Assembly: GCA_963814585.1 (NCBI GenBank)
Contig: CAWFDF010000004.1
Coordinates: 352,001-416,000 of the forward strand
DNA from: an uncultured delta proteobacterium
Lineage (GTDB): Bacteria > Myxococcota > Myxococcia > Myxococcales > Anaeromyxobacteraceae
DNA length: 64,000 bases
Reading direction: 5' to 3'
Below the pieces are notes generated by a model, which had not been told where the DNA came from, did not search any database, and saw nothing but the letters and a program-made list of their open reading frames with translations. The translations under genes were made by a program, and so were the position numbers. Below, in pieces: positions 1-10,720 of this stretch; position 1 is the stretch's first letter, and each line of letters opens with the position of its first letter.

Positions 1-585
1 CGAGCAGAAGAGCACGCCGATCAGGCCGGCGAAGACGCCGACGTTGAAGTCGAGGCCGATGAAGCGGGAGACGATCAGGCCGACGCCGGTCACCTGGGCG
101 ATGAGGTAGGTGAAGGAGGCCAGGATGGCCGCCACGATGCCGATGATGCGGGCCGCGTGGCCCTGGTAGCGGGCGCCGAGGAAGTCCGGGATGGTGTAGG
201 CGCCGAACTGGCGGAGGTACGGGCCGAGGAAGACGGCCAGCAGCAGGTAGCCGCCGGTCCAGCCCATCACGTAGGCCAGGCCGCTGAAGCCCTGCGCCGA
301 GAGGGCGCCGGCCATGGAGATGAAGGAGGCCGCCGACATCCAGTCCGACCCGGTGGCCATGCCGTTGTAGATGGCGGGGACGCCTCGGCCGGCCACGTAG
401 TACTGGTCGGCGTCGGAGGTCCGGGTGACGATGCCGATGATCATGTAGATGCCCATCGACAGGGCCATGAAGATCCAGCCGATCCACCGGTTGGAGAGGC
501 CGAAGACCTGCTCGGCGATGCCGATCAGGGCCGTGACGGCGATGAAGCCAACAGTGTAGGCCGTGAAGAGTTTCTTGAGGTTCAT
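1..585 (-). CDS. Sodium:solute symporter (ActP/VC_2705-like), N-terminal part; truncated by window edge
   Basis: Reverse strand reads MNLKKLFTAYTVG...QYYVAGRGVPAIYNGMATGSDWMSAASFISMAG...GWTGGYLLLAVFLGPYLRQFGAYTIPDFLGARY, typical of cation/acetate SSS transporters; directly downstream of the DUF4212 gene. Confidence 0.9.
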   Translation of the reverse strand, partial: MNLKKLFTAYTVGFIAVTALIGIAEQVFGLSNRWIGWIFMALSMGIYMIIGIVTRTSDADQYYVAGRGVPAIYNGMATGSDWMSAASFISMAGALSAQGFSGLAYVMGWTGGYLLLAVFLGPYLRQFGAYTIPDFLGARYQGHAARIIGIVAAILASFTYLIAQVTGVGLIVSRFIGLDFNVGVFAGLIGVLFCS

Positions 586-587
586 GG

Positions 588-857
588 TCAGGCGTCCTCT
601 CGAATGCCGACTTCGAGGTCCTTGGCGTTCATGAGCTTGGCGTAGACGGCGATCTCGACGACGAAGACGGCGAGCGAGCCCTGGGCGGCGATCCAGTAGC
701 CGAGCGGGAACCCGGCGATGATGATCTCGTTGAGATTTGCGGCGAACAGGCCGCCGAGAAGGTAAGTCACCACGAACCAGATCACGAGCAGGATCGTCGT
801 GAGCTTGAGGTTGTAGGACCAGTACGCGTCTTTCTGCTGCTGGGTGAGGTCAGACAT
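588..857 (-). CDS. DUF4212-family small membrane subunit of solute:sodium symporter
   Basis: 89 aa, two TM segments, YWxxNL and GFPLGYWIAAQGS motifs; adjacent to SSS gene. Confidence 0.88.
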   Translation of the reverse strand: MSDLTQQQKDAYWSYNLKLTTILLVIWFVVTYLLGGLFAANLNEIIIAGFPLGYWIAAQGSLAVFVVEIAVYAKLMNAKDLEVGIREDA

Positions 858-968
858 AGGTCTCCGTCTGGTTCGAGTGGCTGGGACAGCGGCGGGGGGC
901 CATGGAGCTAGAAGAGTTCGCGTTCGTCGAGCGTGTGCCTGGAAAGGCCTTGCGGTTGAGGAGCGATT

Positions 969-997
969 TTTTTAGCACACCACTTTCGGGGCTGCAA
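969..997 (-). promoter_or_regulatory. Putative sigma70-type promoter for the DUF4212-SSS operon
   Basis: Minus strand TTGCAG-17 nt-TAAAAA with TG extension, in an AT-richer intergenic patch. Confidence 0.4.
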
Positions 998-1116
998 TAC
1001 CTGCGGTGGTTGCGAACCGGGTGCGCGCATCTATTGCGCTGCGTCATGTGGGCCCATGGAGGACTGCAGGCCACAGGCACATTGTCCTGAAGATGCCATG
1101 GCTTGCATGGCTGGGC

Positions 1117-1713
1117 TCAGCGGAGATCGCGGACCGTGCGTGCGCCCATGATCAGCCGGAGCATGAGGAAGAGCTCGGCCGTGGCGATGGCGTCGGTGAG
1201 GGCGTCGTGGGCCTGGTACTCGGGGAGCCCGTGGTGGCGCCTGGCCTTGCTGAGGTTGAGCGGGAGCTGATCGTTGGCGATCTCCGGGTTGCCCTGGCGC
1301 CCCACTCGCTTGATCAGGTCCACGGTGTCAACCACCGGGGGCGCCGGCCAGCGCAGTCCGCAGCGCCTGAACTCGCGGCGCAGGAAGGCCACGTCGATGG
1401 CTTTCTGGTGGACCAGCAGCACCCCCTCGCCGAGCCGCCACTCGATCTCGGGGAGGACCTCCTCCACCGGCGGGGCCTCTGCCACATCTCCCCACAGGAG
1501 CTGGTGGGCGACCACCGAATCCGGATCGATGGAGCCCCCGTCGTGGGGACGGACCAGCGTCCGGTAGGCCTCGCCGAGGCGGATCACGCCGGCTCGGATC
1601 GGCACCATCCCCACGGCCAGCATCGGGTCGCGCTTCGGGTCGAGGCCGCCGGTCTCGAGGTCGAGCGCCCAGTAGGTCACCTCGTCCCAGGGCGGCGATC
1701 TGAAGGAGAACAC
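1117..1713 (-). CDS. DEDDh 3'-5' exonuclease (DNA pol III epsilon-like)
   Basis: ALDLETGGLD, H...D, HDALTDA motifs. Confidence 0.88.
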   Translation of the reverse strand: MFSFRSPPWDEVTYWALDLETGGLDPKRDPMLAVGMVPIRAGVIRLGEAYRTLVRPHDGGSIDPDSVVAHQLLWGDVAEAPPVEEVLPEIEWRLGEGVLLVHQKAIDVAFLRREFRRCGLRWPAPPVVDTVDLIKRVGRQGNPEIANDQLPLNLSKARRHHGLPEYQAHDALTDAIATAELFLMLRLIMGARTVRDLR

Positions 1714-1777
1714 CGGGCCATGCTAGCCGGTCCCGGGTCCCGGTGCGCCGATCGCGCCCGGGTCCGCTGCCGACCGG

Positions 1778-2143
1778 TCAGGGAAACTTGTACTGTCCGA
1801 ACTCGCCGGCAAGCAGGGCGATGCTGGCGATCATCCCGGAAAGGCTGGCGATGCTCACCCAGGTCACCAGGAAGTAGGGCACGGCCAGGACCCAGCGCAG
1901 CCAGGGCGGAGTGGCGTGGCCGAAGGCCGCCTTGCCGAGGGCGTACTCGACGGCGTTCCAGCCCACCAGCGCGGCGCAGATGCTCCATGCCAGCACGTCG
2001 AGGGGCGCGAGACCCTCCAGATGGGGGTACTTGCGGATCAAGCTCCAGCCGAGGAGGGGCATGGACAGCAGGAAGGCGATGCCTACCCGGAGGATGGCCC
2101 GGTTCTCCCCGGGAATCGGCAGCCCCTCGTTGGTTGATTCCAT
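1778..2143 (-). CDS. Hypothetical small membrane protein (3 TM)
   Basis: MESTNEG...KFP; hydrophobic segments; starts 8 nt after the antiporter stop. Confidence 0.55.
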   Translation of the reverse strand: MESTNEGLPIPGENRAILRVGIAFLLSMPLLGWSLIRKYPHLEGLAPLDVLAWSICAALVGWNAVEYALGKAAFGHATPPWLRWVLAVPYFLVTWVSIASLSGMIASIALLAGEFGQYKFP

Positions 2144-2151
2144 GAGGCTTC

Positions 2152-3531
2152 CTACCGCACCGGCGCGGAGATGGCGGTAGGCGCGGGAGCGGGCCGGCTG
2201 CTGCCCTTGGGCGTCGGGTGCCAGCCGAGGGTGAGGACCAGGACGGCGAAGCCGGCCACGTAGGCGACCGGGACGTACCAGCCCTCCTTGACCCAGCGCG
2301 CCACGGAGCGGGCCTCCGGGTAGAGGTTGGCGAGGGCGACGCCGGCCGAGGAGCCGAACCAGATCATCGACCCGCCGAAGCCGACCGCGTAGGCCAGGAA
2401 GCCCCAGTCGTAGCCCCCCTGCTGCAGCGCCAGCTTGGTGAGCGGGATGTTGTCGAAGACCGAGGAGAGGAAGCCGAGCCCGAGCGTGGTCGGCCAGGAG
2501 GCCAGCGGGAGCTTCTCCACCGGCATCATCGAGGCGGCCAGGACCAGGGAGAGCAGGAAGAAGCTGCCAGGCGCCGCCTCGCGCAGCAGCCCCCAGTCGG
2601 GCTGGCGCAGCGCGGCGGTCAGGAGCAGCGCCACCCAGACCGCTGTGCCGATCCAGGGGAAGAGGTCGGAGTACTCGGCGAATCGCAGGTTGACGGCCAC
2701 GTTGATGGAGATGGCGGCGGTGAGCACGGTGACCACGATCCCAACCCGGACCCAGTCGACCTGGGGCGCGCCCTCCGGGTCCTTGATGATGGGGGAGTAG
2801 CGCTGCTGGCGGATCGAGGCGGGGATGCCGAAGATCACCAGCGCCACGCTCGCGGCGACGTAGGCCTCGATCACGTCGAGCGGGCTCACCTTGTCGATCC
2901 ACATCATGGTGGTGGTGGTGTCGCCCACCACGCTGCCGGCCCCGCCGGCGTTGGAGGCGGCCACGATGGCGGCCAGGTAGCCGACGCTGACCTTGCCGCG
3001 GAAGAGGGTGTGGGCCATGGCCCCGCCGATCATGGCGGCGGCGATGTTGTCGAGGAACCCCGAGAGGACGAAGACGATGACCAGCATCGCGAAGGCGCCC
3101 CTCCAGTCGTCCGGGAGGTAGCGCGGCAGCAGCGCCGGCACGTGGCTCTTCTCGAAGTGGCGGGAGAGGAAGGCGAAGCCGGTGAGGAGCAGGAAGAGGT
3201 TCACGAGGATGACCCACTCGTGCGAGACGTGCGCGACGAAGCCGGCCACGCCCGGGCCGGTGGCGAAGGGCGAGAGGCCCACCTTGAAGAGGGTGATGAC
3301 CAGCAGCCCGGTCACCGCCACCTGCAGCGTGTACTTGTGGAAGAGGGCGACGCCGACCAGCGTCAGGCCGAAGAGGATGAAGTCGACCGGGATGCCGAGC
3401 ACCTGCGGCCCCTCGGCGGCGGCGCCAGCGGACGCCACGGCGAAGGCCGGGGCCAGGGCGAGCGCGAGCAACCCGAGAGGGCGCGAGATCGGTCCGAAGG
3501 GCTGGCTCCGGACGGGGCGAGAGGCGGTCAT
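2152..3531 (-). CDS. NhaD/CitMHS (IT superfamily) antiporter or transporter
   Basis: Multi-TM; LSGFLDNIAAA, ASNAGGAGSVVGDTTTTM, SSVFDNIPL, GGSMIWFGSSAGVA motifs. Confidence 0.85.
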   Translation of the reverse strand: MTASRPVRSQPFGPISRPLGLLALALAPAFAVASAGAAAEGPQVLGIPVDFILFGLTLVGVALFHKYTLQVAVTGLLVITLFKVGLSPFATGPGVAGFVAHVSHEWVILVNLFLLLTGFAFLSRHFEKSHVPALLPRYLPDDWRGAFAMLVIVFVLSGFLDNIAAAMIGGAMAHTLFRGKVSVGYLAAIVAASNAGGAGSVVGDTTTTMMWIDKVSPLDVIEAYVAASVALVIFGIPASIRQQRYSPIIKDPEGAPQVDWVRVGIVVTVLTAAISINVAVNLRFAEYSDLFPWIGTAVWVALLLTAALRQPDWGLLREAAPGSFFLLSLVLAASMMPVEKLPLASWPTTLGLGFLSSVFDNIPLTKLALQQGGYDWGFLAYAVGFGGSMIWFGSSAGVALANLYPEARSVARWVKEGWYVPVAYVAGFAVLVLTLGWHPTPKGSSRPAPAPTAISAPVR

Positions 3532-3722
3532 GGGCTCCACTCCTGCGAGGCGGGCGGGTTGAGAGGGGGGCTTTCGAGCGGCGCAGGATAGCAGGTCGGC
3601 GCGCCGTGTGGCGCCCCGAAGCGGGCCCCTACGCGGAGGCTTGACCCGCGGCTCGGGGGAGCGCGTCATGGGGGTGCCCTCTGGGCTCGCCGGTGGCGCG
3701 CCCGGGGCCGGAGCACCGGAGC

Positions 3723-5125
3723 ATGCGCAGCCGCTCTCCCAGGCCGACGAACGCCAGGCCGCCCGCCGTGGCCGGGTCCTTCTACCCCGGGAATCCCGGG
3801 AAGCTCCGCGCGGAGGTGGCGCGCCTGCTCGCCGGCGCGCCCGCCGCCACCGGTCCGCGCCCCAAGGCGCTGATCGTGCCGCACGCCGGCTACGTCTACT
3901 CGGGCCCCGTGGCCGCCACCGCCTACGCCCGCCTCCGCGTCCCCGGGCCACCGGTGGAGCGGGTGGTGCTGCTCGGGCCGGCGCACCACGAGGCGGTGGC
4001 CGGGCTGGCGCTGCCGGAGGAGGAGAGCTTCCTCACGCCGCTCGGCGAGGTCCCCATCGACGGGGCGGCGGTGGCCCGGGCGCTGGCGCTGCCGCAGGTG
4101 ACCCGCAGCGCCGCCGCGCACGGCCGCGAGCACTCGCTCGAGGTGCAGCTCCCCTTCCTGCAGGCGGTGCTCGGCCGCTTCGCGCTGGTCCCCTTCGCGG
4201 TGGGGGGCGCCTCGGCGGCGGAGGTGGCGGGCGTGCTGGACGTCCTGTGGGGCGGCCCCGAGACGCTGGTGGTGATCTCCACCGACCTCTCGCACTACCT
4301 GCCCTACGACGAGGCGCGCGCCGTGGACCACCGGACCGCCGCCCAGATCCTGGCCCTCGACGCCGAGGGGCTGGGGCGCGGGCAGGCCTGCGGCCGCATC
4401 CCGCTCCAGGGGCTGCTCCTCGAGGCCCGGCGCCGCCGGCTCACCGTGGACCAGCTCGACCTGCGCAGCTCCGGCGACACCGCCGGCGGGCGGGACGAGG
4501 TGGTGGGCTACGGGGCCTTCGCGCTCTTCGAGCCGGCCAGGCTCCAGGTGGTGCCGCCGCCGGCGGGGAGCGCCGAGGATCACGGCCACCGCGCCGCCGT
4601 CGCCACCGGCCTGGCCCGCGCCACCCTGGCCAGCCTCTTCGGCGGTCCGCCGCCCACCCGCCCGGCGGGGGAGCCCTGGCTCGACGAGCCGCGCTCGTGC
4701 TTCGTCAGCCTGCACCAGGGCGGCGCGCTGCGGGGCTGCTGCGGGGCGCTCGAGCCGCGCGACTCGCTCTTCGAGGAGATCGTCCGCTCGGCCCGGCTGG
4801 CCGCCACCGAGGACGGGCGCTTCGTCCCGGTGACGGAGGCGGAGCTGCCCGGGCTCGACCTCGAGGTCTCGGTGCTGTCGCCGCTGCAGCCGTTCGAGGC
4901 CCGCGACGAGGAGGAGGCCGCACGCCTGCTCCGGCCGGGCGTGGACGGCCTCTACCTGGTGGCGGGCCGGCACCGGGCCACCTTCATCCCGTCGGTCTGG
5001 GAGCAGGTCCCGGAGCCCCACGACTTCATCCGCCACCTGCTCGCCAAGGCCGGGCTGCCCGGCGGCTGGCCGGCCGGCACGCGCCTCTTCCGCTACACCG
5101 CCGAGCGCTACCAGGAGGCACGAGC

Positions 5126-5129
<4 letters not shown>
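3723..5129 (+). CDS. amrB/amrA: AmmeMemoRadiSam protein B (Memo) fused to protein A (AMMECR1)
   Basis: RPPAVAGSFYP, PHAGYVYSG, EHSLEVQLPFLQ, STDLSHY (Memo); CFVSLH..LRGCCG, DGRF, EVSVLS, ATFIPSVWEQ (AMMECR1). Confidence 0.92.
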
Positions 5130-6214
<1,085 letters not shown>

Positions 6215-6356
6215 GTTGGCTCGGGCCAGCTGCGGAGACGCCGAGCCCGCCGACGAGGCACCGGGAGACCGGGCCGGCGGAAGCCGGTTGACAGCCAGGG
6301 CCGGATCCGGAGAAGTGGCCGGGCGGTCGAGGCACGCCGTCGCGACCGGAAGCACC

Positions 6357-6430
6357 GGGCCCTTAGCTCAGCTGGATAGAGCGTCGGACTTCGAATCCGA
6401 AGGCCGGAGGTTCGAGCCCTCCAGGGCTCA
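6357..6430 (+). tRNA. tRNA-Arg, anticodon TCG
   Basis: Acceptor GGGCCCT/AGGGCTC, D arm AGCTCAGCTGGATAGAGC, anticodon arm TCGGA-CTTCGAA-TCCGA, T loop GGTTCGAG; CCA not encoded; TTGACA at 6288-6293 upstream. Confidence 0.95.
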
Positions 6431-6577
6431 TCCGTGGAGGGGCCGGGATCGGCCGGGGAACGCCCGGTCGGACCCGGCCCCCTCGACGGCTCCCGACGCC
6501 TCGCCCAGGCTGCCGCCGGCGGCACGTGGCGGCGGGGACGGGTGTCCCCGGCGCGGCCCTCGATTACAGTACGCCGC

Positions 6578-8446
6578 ATGCGCTGGCGCCCACTCGCCCT
6601 GGCCCTGACCCTGGCGCTGGCGCTCCTGGCCGCCTTCCTCCTGCTCCGGCGCGGCCCTCCGCCCACCTCGGAAGCCACCCCGGCGGCCGGCCCGGCTCCC
6701 GGCGGCGAGACGCCGCCCGCGCCACCCACCGCCCTGCCCGTCCGCATGGTCGCGCCGCGCGCGCCGGCCGACGACCGTCCGGCCACCTTCGAGGGGCGCG
6801 TGGTCTCCGCCGCCACCGGCCAGGGGATCCCCGGCGCCGACCTCACCTTCGCGCGGGCCGGCGCCGCCGACTCCATCCGCGCCGGTCCCGGCGGCGCCTT
6901 CACCTTCTCGCCGACCGCCACCGGGCGGTGGCTGCTGGCCGCCGTCAGCGCGCCCGGCTTCCTGCCCTTCGCGCCGGAGTGGGGCCACAGCCCGGTCCAG
7001 CTCGAGGCCCGCGCCGGCGAGCACGTCCGCGGCCTGGAGATCCACCTCGCCCCGGCCGTCGAGCTGACCGGCGAGGTGATCGACCCCGACGGCCAGCCGG
7101 TGGCTGGCGCCACGGTGCGGCTCCTCGGCGCCGCCAGCGAGGCGGCCCTGCTCCCGGTGGCCGACCGCTTCACCAGCGGTCCCGACGGCCGCTTCACCTT
7201 CGCGGCCCCGGAGGGGACGGTGCTGGAGGCGAGCAAGCCGGGCTTCCTCCCCGGGCGCGCCGAGCTCGGGCCGCTGGAGCGGGTCAACCGCAGGCTGGTG
7301 ATCGAGCTGGGGCCGCGCCACGCCGCGCCCGTCGAGTCCAGGGCGGTGTCCGGCCAGGTGGTGCTGGGCCCGGAGGGCCGGCCCGCCGAGGGGGCGCTGG
7401 TCTCGGCCACGCGGATGGGGCCGCGCGCCGCGAGCGACGTGCCCTCCGCCCAGGCGGTCACCGGCGCCGACGGCCTCTTCACGTTGCGTGACCTGACCCC
7501 GGGGCGCTACCGGGTGGCGGCGCGGGCCGAGGGCCGGGCCCCGGCCTCGCTCCGCGGGATCGCCGCCGGCGCCGAGGGGCTGCGGCTCGAGCTCACCGCC
7601 GGCTCCAGCCTGCGCGGCTGCGTCCGCGACGCCTCCAGCGGCGCGCCGGTGGCGCCCTTCACGGTGATGGTCTTCGAGCGGCGCGGCGCGCTGCGGCGGG
7701 TGGCCCAGCGCAGCCTCTCGGTGGTGGAGCCGGCCGGCTGCTACGCGCTCGACGGCCTCGCCCCCGGGCCGGCCGCGGTGGTCTTCTCGGCGCCGGGCCA
7801 CGCGCCCTCCGAGGAGGCCCGCGTCGAGCTGCCCCCGCCCGGCGGCGAGGCGGTGGTCGACGGGCGGCTCGAGGCGGGCGGGCGGCTCACGGGACGGGTG
7901 GTCGACGACGCCACCGGCGCTCCGCTGCCCGGCGCCGCCCTCTCGGTGGAGGGGATGCTGGCCTCGGCCGCCTCCACCTTCCCGGTCCTGGCGGAGGCGG
8001 AGTCGGATGCCGACGGGCGCTTCGCGCTGGCCGGGCTGCCGCGCCGCTTCTCGCTCCAGGCCGCCGCGGCCGGCCACCACGCCCGCATCGTGGGCGGGCT
8101 CGAGGTGGGGCCCGGCGAGGCGCGCGGGCCCGTCGAGATCCGGCTGCACGCCGTGGAGCCCGGCGAGACGCCGCGCATCGAGCTGGCCGGCGTCGGCCTC
8201 CAGCTCGTGGCGGAGGGCGAGGTGCTGGCGGTGACCGGCGTGGTCGCGGGCGGCGGCGCCGCGCTGGCGGGGCTGCGCGTCGGGGACCGGGTGCTGGCGG
8301 TGGAGGGGCGCCCGGTCTCGGAGCTGGGCATGACCGGCGCCATCGACGCCATCCGCGGGCCGGAGGGGACCACCGTGAGGCTCACGGTGCGGCGCGACGG
8401 CGCCACCCGCGACGTCGACGTGCCGCGCCGGCTGATCCGGGGTTGA
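6578..8446 (+). CDS. Membrane-anchored protein with carboxypeptidase-regulatory-like (beta-sandwich) repeats and C-terminal PDZ domain
   Basis: N-terminal hydrophobic helix; repeated GxVxDxxGxPVxGAxV / TxxDGxFxL units; C-terminal GVGL...AGLRVGDRVLAVEG...IRGPEGTTVRLTV. Confidence 0.8.
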   Translation: MRWRPLALALTLALALLAAFLLLRRGPPPTSEATPAAGPAPGGETPPAPPTALPVRMVAPRAPADDRPATFEGRVVSAATGQGIPGADLTFARAGAADSIRAGPGGAFTFSPTATGRWLLAAVSAPGFLPFAPEWGHSPVQLEARAGEHVRGLEIHLAPAVELTGEVIDPDGQPVAGATVRLLGAASEAALLPVADRFTSGPDGRFTFAAPEGTVLEASKPGFLPGRAELGPLERVNRRLVIELGPRHAAPVESRAVSGQVVLGPEGRPAEGALVSATRMGPRAASDVPSAQAVTGADGLFTLRDLTPGRYRVAARAEGRAPASLRGIAAGAEGLRLELTAGSSLRGCVRDASSGAPVAPFTVMVFERRGALRRVAQRSLSVVEPAGCYALDGLAPGPAAVVFSAPGHAPSEEARVELPPPGGEAVVDGRLEAGGRLTGRVVDDATGAPLPGAALSVEGMLASAASTFPVLAEAESDADGRFALAGLPRRFSLQAAAAGHHARIVGGLEVGPGEARGPVEIRLHAVEPGETPRIELAGVGLQLVAEGEVLAVTGVVAGGGAALAGLRVGDRVLAVEGRPVSELGMTGAIDAIRGPEGTTVRLTVRRDGATRDVDVPRRLIRG

Positions 8447-8673
8447 ACCACCCCACGCCCCGCCCCACGCCGGCCGTACGCCCCCGTGGGGCGTGACCTG
8501 CCCGTAGCGACCGGGCGGGGATGAGCGCGGGATCGCACCTCCGGGATCCTGCCCGGGGGCGGCCCCGCGCCGCTTCGCGCCGCGGCCGGCCCTGGTCGCC
8601 TCTTGGCGGGACGCCGCCTTTCGGGGAGACTGCGGCACCCGAACCGCGGCCCCGGCCGCAGCCAGGATCCCAC

Positions 8674-9684
8674 GTGAACGTCCTCCTCACCGGCGGCTGC
8701 GGCTTCATCGGCTCCAACCTGGTCCGGCTGCTGCTGGCGGAGCGGCCGGACTGGCGGATCGTCAACCTCGACAAGCTCACCTACGCCGGCAACGCCGAGA
8801 ACCTGGCCGACCTGGCCGGGAGCCCGCGCTACCGGTTCGTCCGCGGCGACATCTGCAACGGCGAGCTGATCGCCGACCTGTTCCGCAACGAGCGGTTCGA
8901 CGCGGTCATGCACCTGGCCGCCGAGAGCCACGTCGACCGCTCCATCCTGGCCCCCTCGATCTTCATCGAGACCAACGTGCGCGGCACCCAGGTGCTGCTG
9001 GAGGCGGCCCGCGAGTTCGGCGTCCGGCGCTTCCTCCACGTCTCCACCGACGAGGTCTACGGCTCGCTCGGCCCCACCGGGTACTTCACCGAGAAGACCC
9101 CGCTCGATCCCTCGTCGCCCTACTCGGCCTCCAAGGCCGCCTCGGACCTGCTGGCGCTGGCCTACGCCACCACCTTCAAGCTGCCGGTGGTGGTGACCCG
9201 CTGCTCCAACAACTACGGGCCCTGGCAGTTCCCCGAGAAGCTCATCCCGCTCATGATCGCCAACGCCACCCGCGACCTGCCGCTGCCGGTCTACGGCGAC
9301 GGCATGAACGTGCGCGACTGGATCCACGTCGAGGACCACGCCCGCGGCCTGCTGGCGGCGCTGGAGAAGGGCCAGCCCGGGCAGGTCTACAACTTCGGCG
9401 CCAGCAGCGAGCGGCACAACATCGACATCGTCAAGCTGGTGCTGAAGCTCACCGGCAAGCCCGAGTCGCTCATCGCCTACGTCACCGACCGGCTCGGCCA
9501 CGACCGGCGCTACGCCATCGACGCCGCCAGGGCCCACGCCGAGCTGGGCTGGGCCCCGCGCCACCAGTTCGAGGCCGCGCTGGCCGAGACGGTCCGCTGG
9601 TACCAGGCCCACCGCCCCTGGTGGGAGCGGATCATCTCCGGCGAGTACCTGAAGTACTACGCGCAGCAGTACGGGAAGGGCTAG
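8674..9684 (+). CDS. rfbB: dTDP-glucose 4,6-dehydratase
   Basis: GGCGFIGSN, DKLTYAGN, AAESHVDRS, STDEVYG, YSASK; GTG start. Confidence 0.95.
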   Translation: MNVLLTGGCGFIGSNLVRLLLAERPDWRIVNLDKLTYAGNAENLADLAGSPRYRFVRGDICNGELIADLFRNERFDAVMHLAAESHVDRSILAPSIFIETNVRGTQVLLEAAREFGVRRFLHVSTDEVYGSLGPTGYFTEKTPLDPSSPYSASKAASDLLALAYATTFKLPVVVTRCSNNYGPWQFPEKLIPLMIANATRDLPLPVYGDGMNVRDWIHVEDHARGLLAALEKGQPGQVYNFGASSERHNIDIVKLVLKLTGKPESLIAYVTDRLGHDRRYAIDAARAHAELGWAPRHQFEAALAETVRWYQAHRPWWERIISGEYLKYYAQQYGKG

Positions 9685-9696
9685 GGGACGCCCCCG

Positions 9697-10596
9697 ATGC
9701 GCGTCGCCATCACCGGGGCCAACGGCCTGCTGGGCGGCGAGGCGGTGGCGCAGGCCGCCCTCGCCCACGAGGTGCTGGCCCTCGGCCGCGGCCCGTGCCG
9801 GCTGCCGCCCGGGCCCTACGCCTGGGCCTCGGCCGACCTCGCCGACGGCGGCTCGCTGGAGGCGGCGCTGCTGGCCTTCCGGCCCGAGGCGGTGCTCCAC
9901 GCCGGCGCGGCCACCGACGTCGACGGCTGCGAGCGGGACCCGGCGCTGGCCTGGCGCACCAACGTGGGCGGCACCGAGCAGGCGGCCCGGGCCTGCGCCG
10001 CGCTCGGCGCCCGGCTGGTGGCGGTCTCCACCGACTACGTCTTCGACGGCGAGGCCGGGCCGTACGGCGAGGAGGACCTGCCCAACCCGCGCGGCGCCTA
10101 CGCCCGGACCAAGCGCTGCGGCGAGGAGGCGGCGCTGCTGCTGGCGCCCGACGCCGCGGTGGCCCGGGTGGCGGTGGTCTACAGCGGCCGGCCGGGGGCC
10201 AAGCCCACCTTCGCCACCCAGGTGGTGGAGAAGCTCACGCGCGGCGAGCCGGTCAAGGCCTTCTCCGACCAGGTCGTCTCCACCACCCTGGCGGCCAGCG
10301 GCGCCGCCATGTGCCTCGAGCTGCTGCTCGACACCGGCTACCGGGGCGTCCTCCACGCCAGCGACGCCACGGTGATCGACCGGGTCGCCTTCGCGAGGCG
10401 GGTGGCGGCCCGCTTCGGCCTCACCGGCCAGATCGTCCCGGTCCGGACCGCCGAGGTGAGGCTGCCGGCGCCCCGGCCGCTGCGCGGCGGCCTCAAGGTG
10501 GAGCGGGCCGCCTCGCTGCTGCGTCACCGGCCGCTCCCGCTCGACGAGGCGCTCGACCGCTTCCACGCGGAGTGGATGAGCCGCGGCGGGCGCTGA
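9697..10596 (+). CDS. rfbD: dTDP-4-dehydrorhamnose reductase family SDR
   Basis: TGANGLLG, TDVDGCE, STDYVFDG, YARTK; follows rfbB. Confidence 0.9.
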   Translation: MRVAITGANGLLGGEAVAQAALAHEVLALGRGPCRLPPGPYAWASADLADGGSLEAALLAFRPEAVLHAGAATDVDGCERDPALAWRTNVGGTEQAARACAALGARLVAVSTDYVFDGEAGPYGEEDLPNPRGAYARTKRCGEEAALLLAPDAAVARVAVVYSGRPGAKPTFATQVVEKLTRGEPVKAFSDQVVSTTLAASGAAMCLELLLDTGYRGVLHASDATVIDRVAFARRVAARFGLTGQIVPVRTAEVRLPAPRPLRGGLKVERAASLLRHRPLPLDEALDRFHAEWMSRGGR

Positions 10597-10720
10597 GCCC
10601 GCCCGCCCCGCGCTCGCCGCGACGGGGCGCCCCCTCCGGGAGCGGCCCCCACGCCAACCTTCCGGCCCCGGCGGCCGCCAACCGTGCTTCAATCCGGGCT
10701 CCATCCGCCGGAGGCCCTCC

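Noticed and set aside
6357..8446. Genomic island integrated at tRNA-Arg
   Set aside because: No integrase and no duplicated tRNA 3' end were seen, and downstream genes have host-like codon usage
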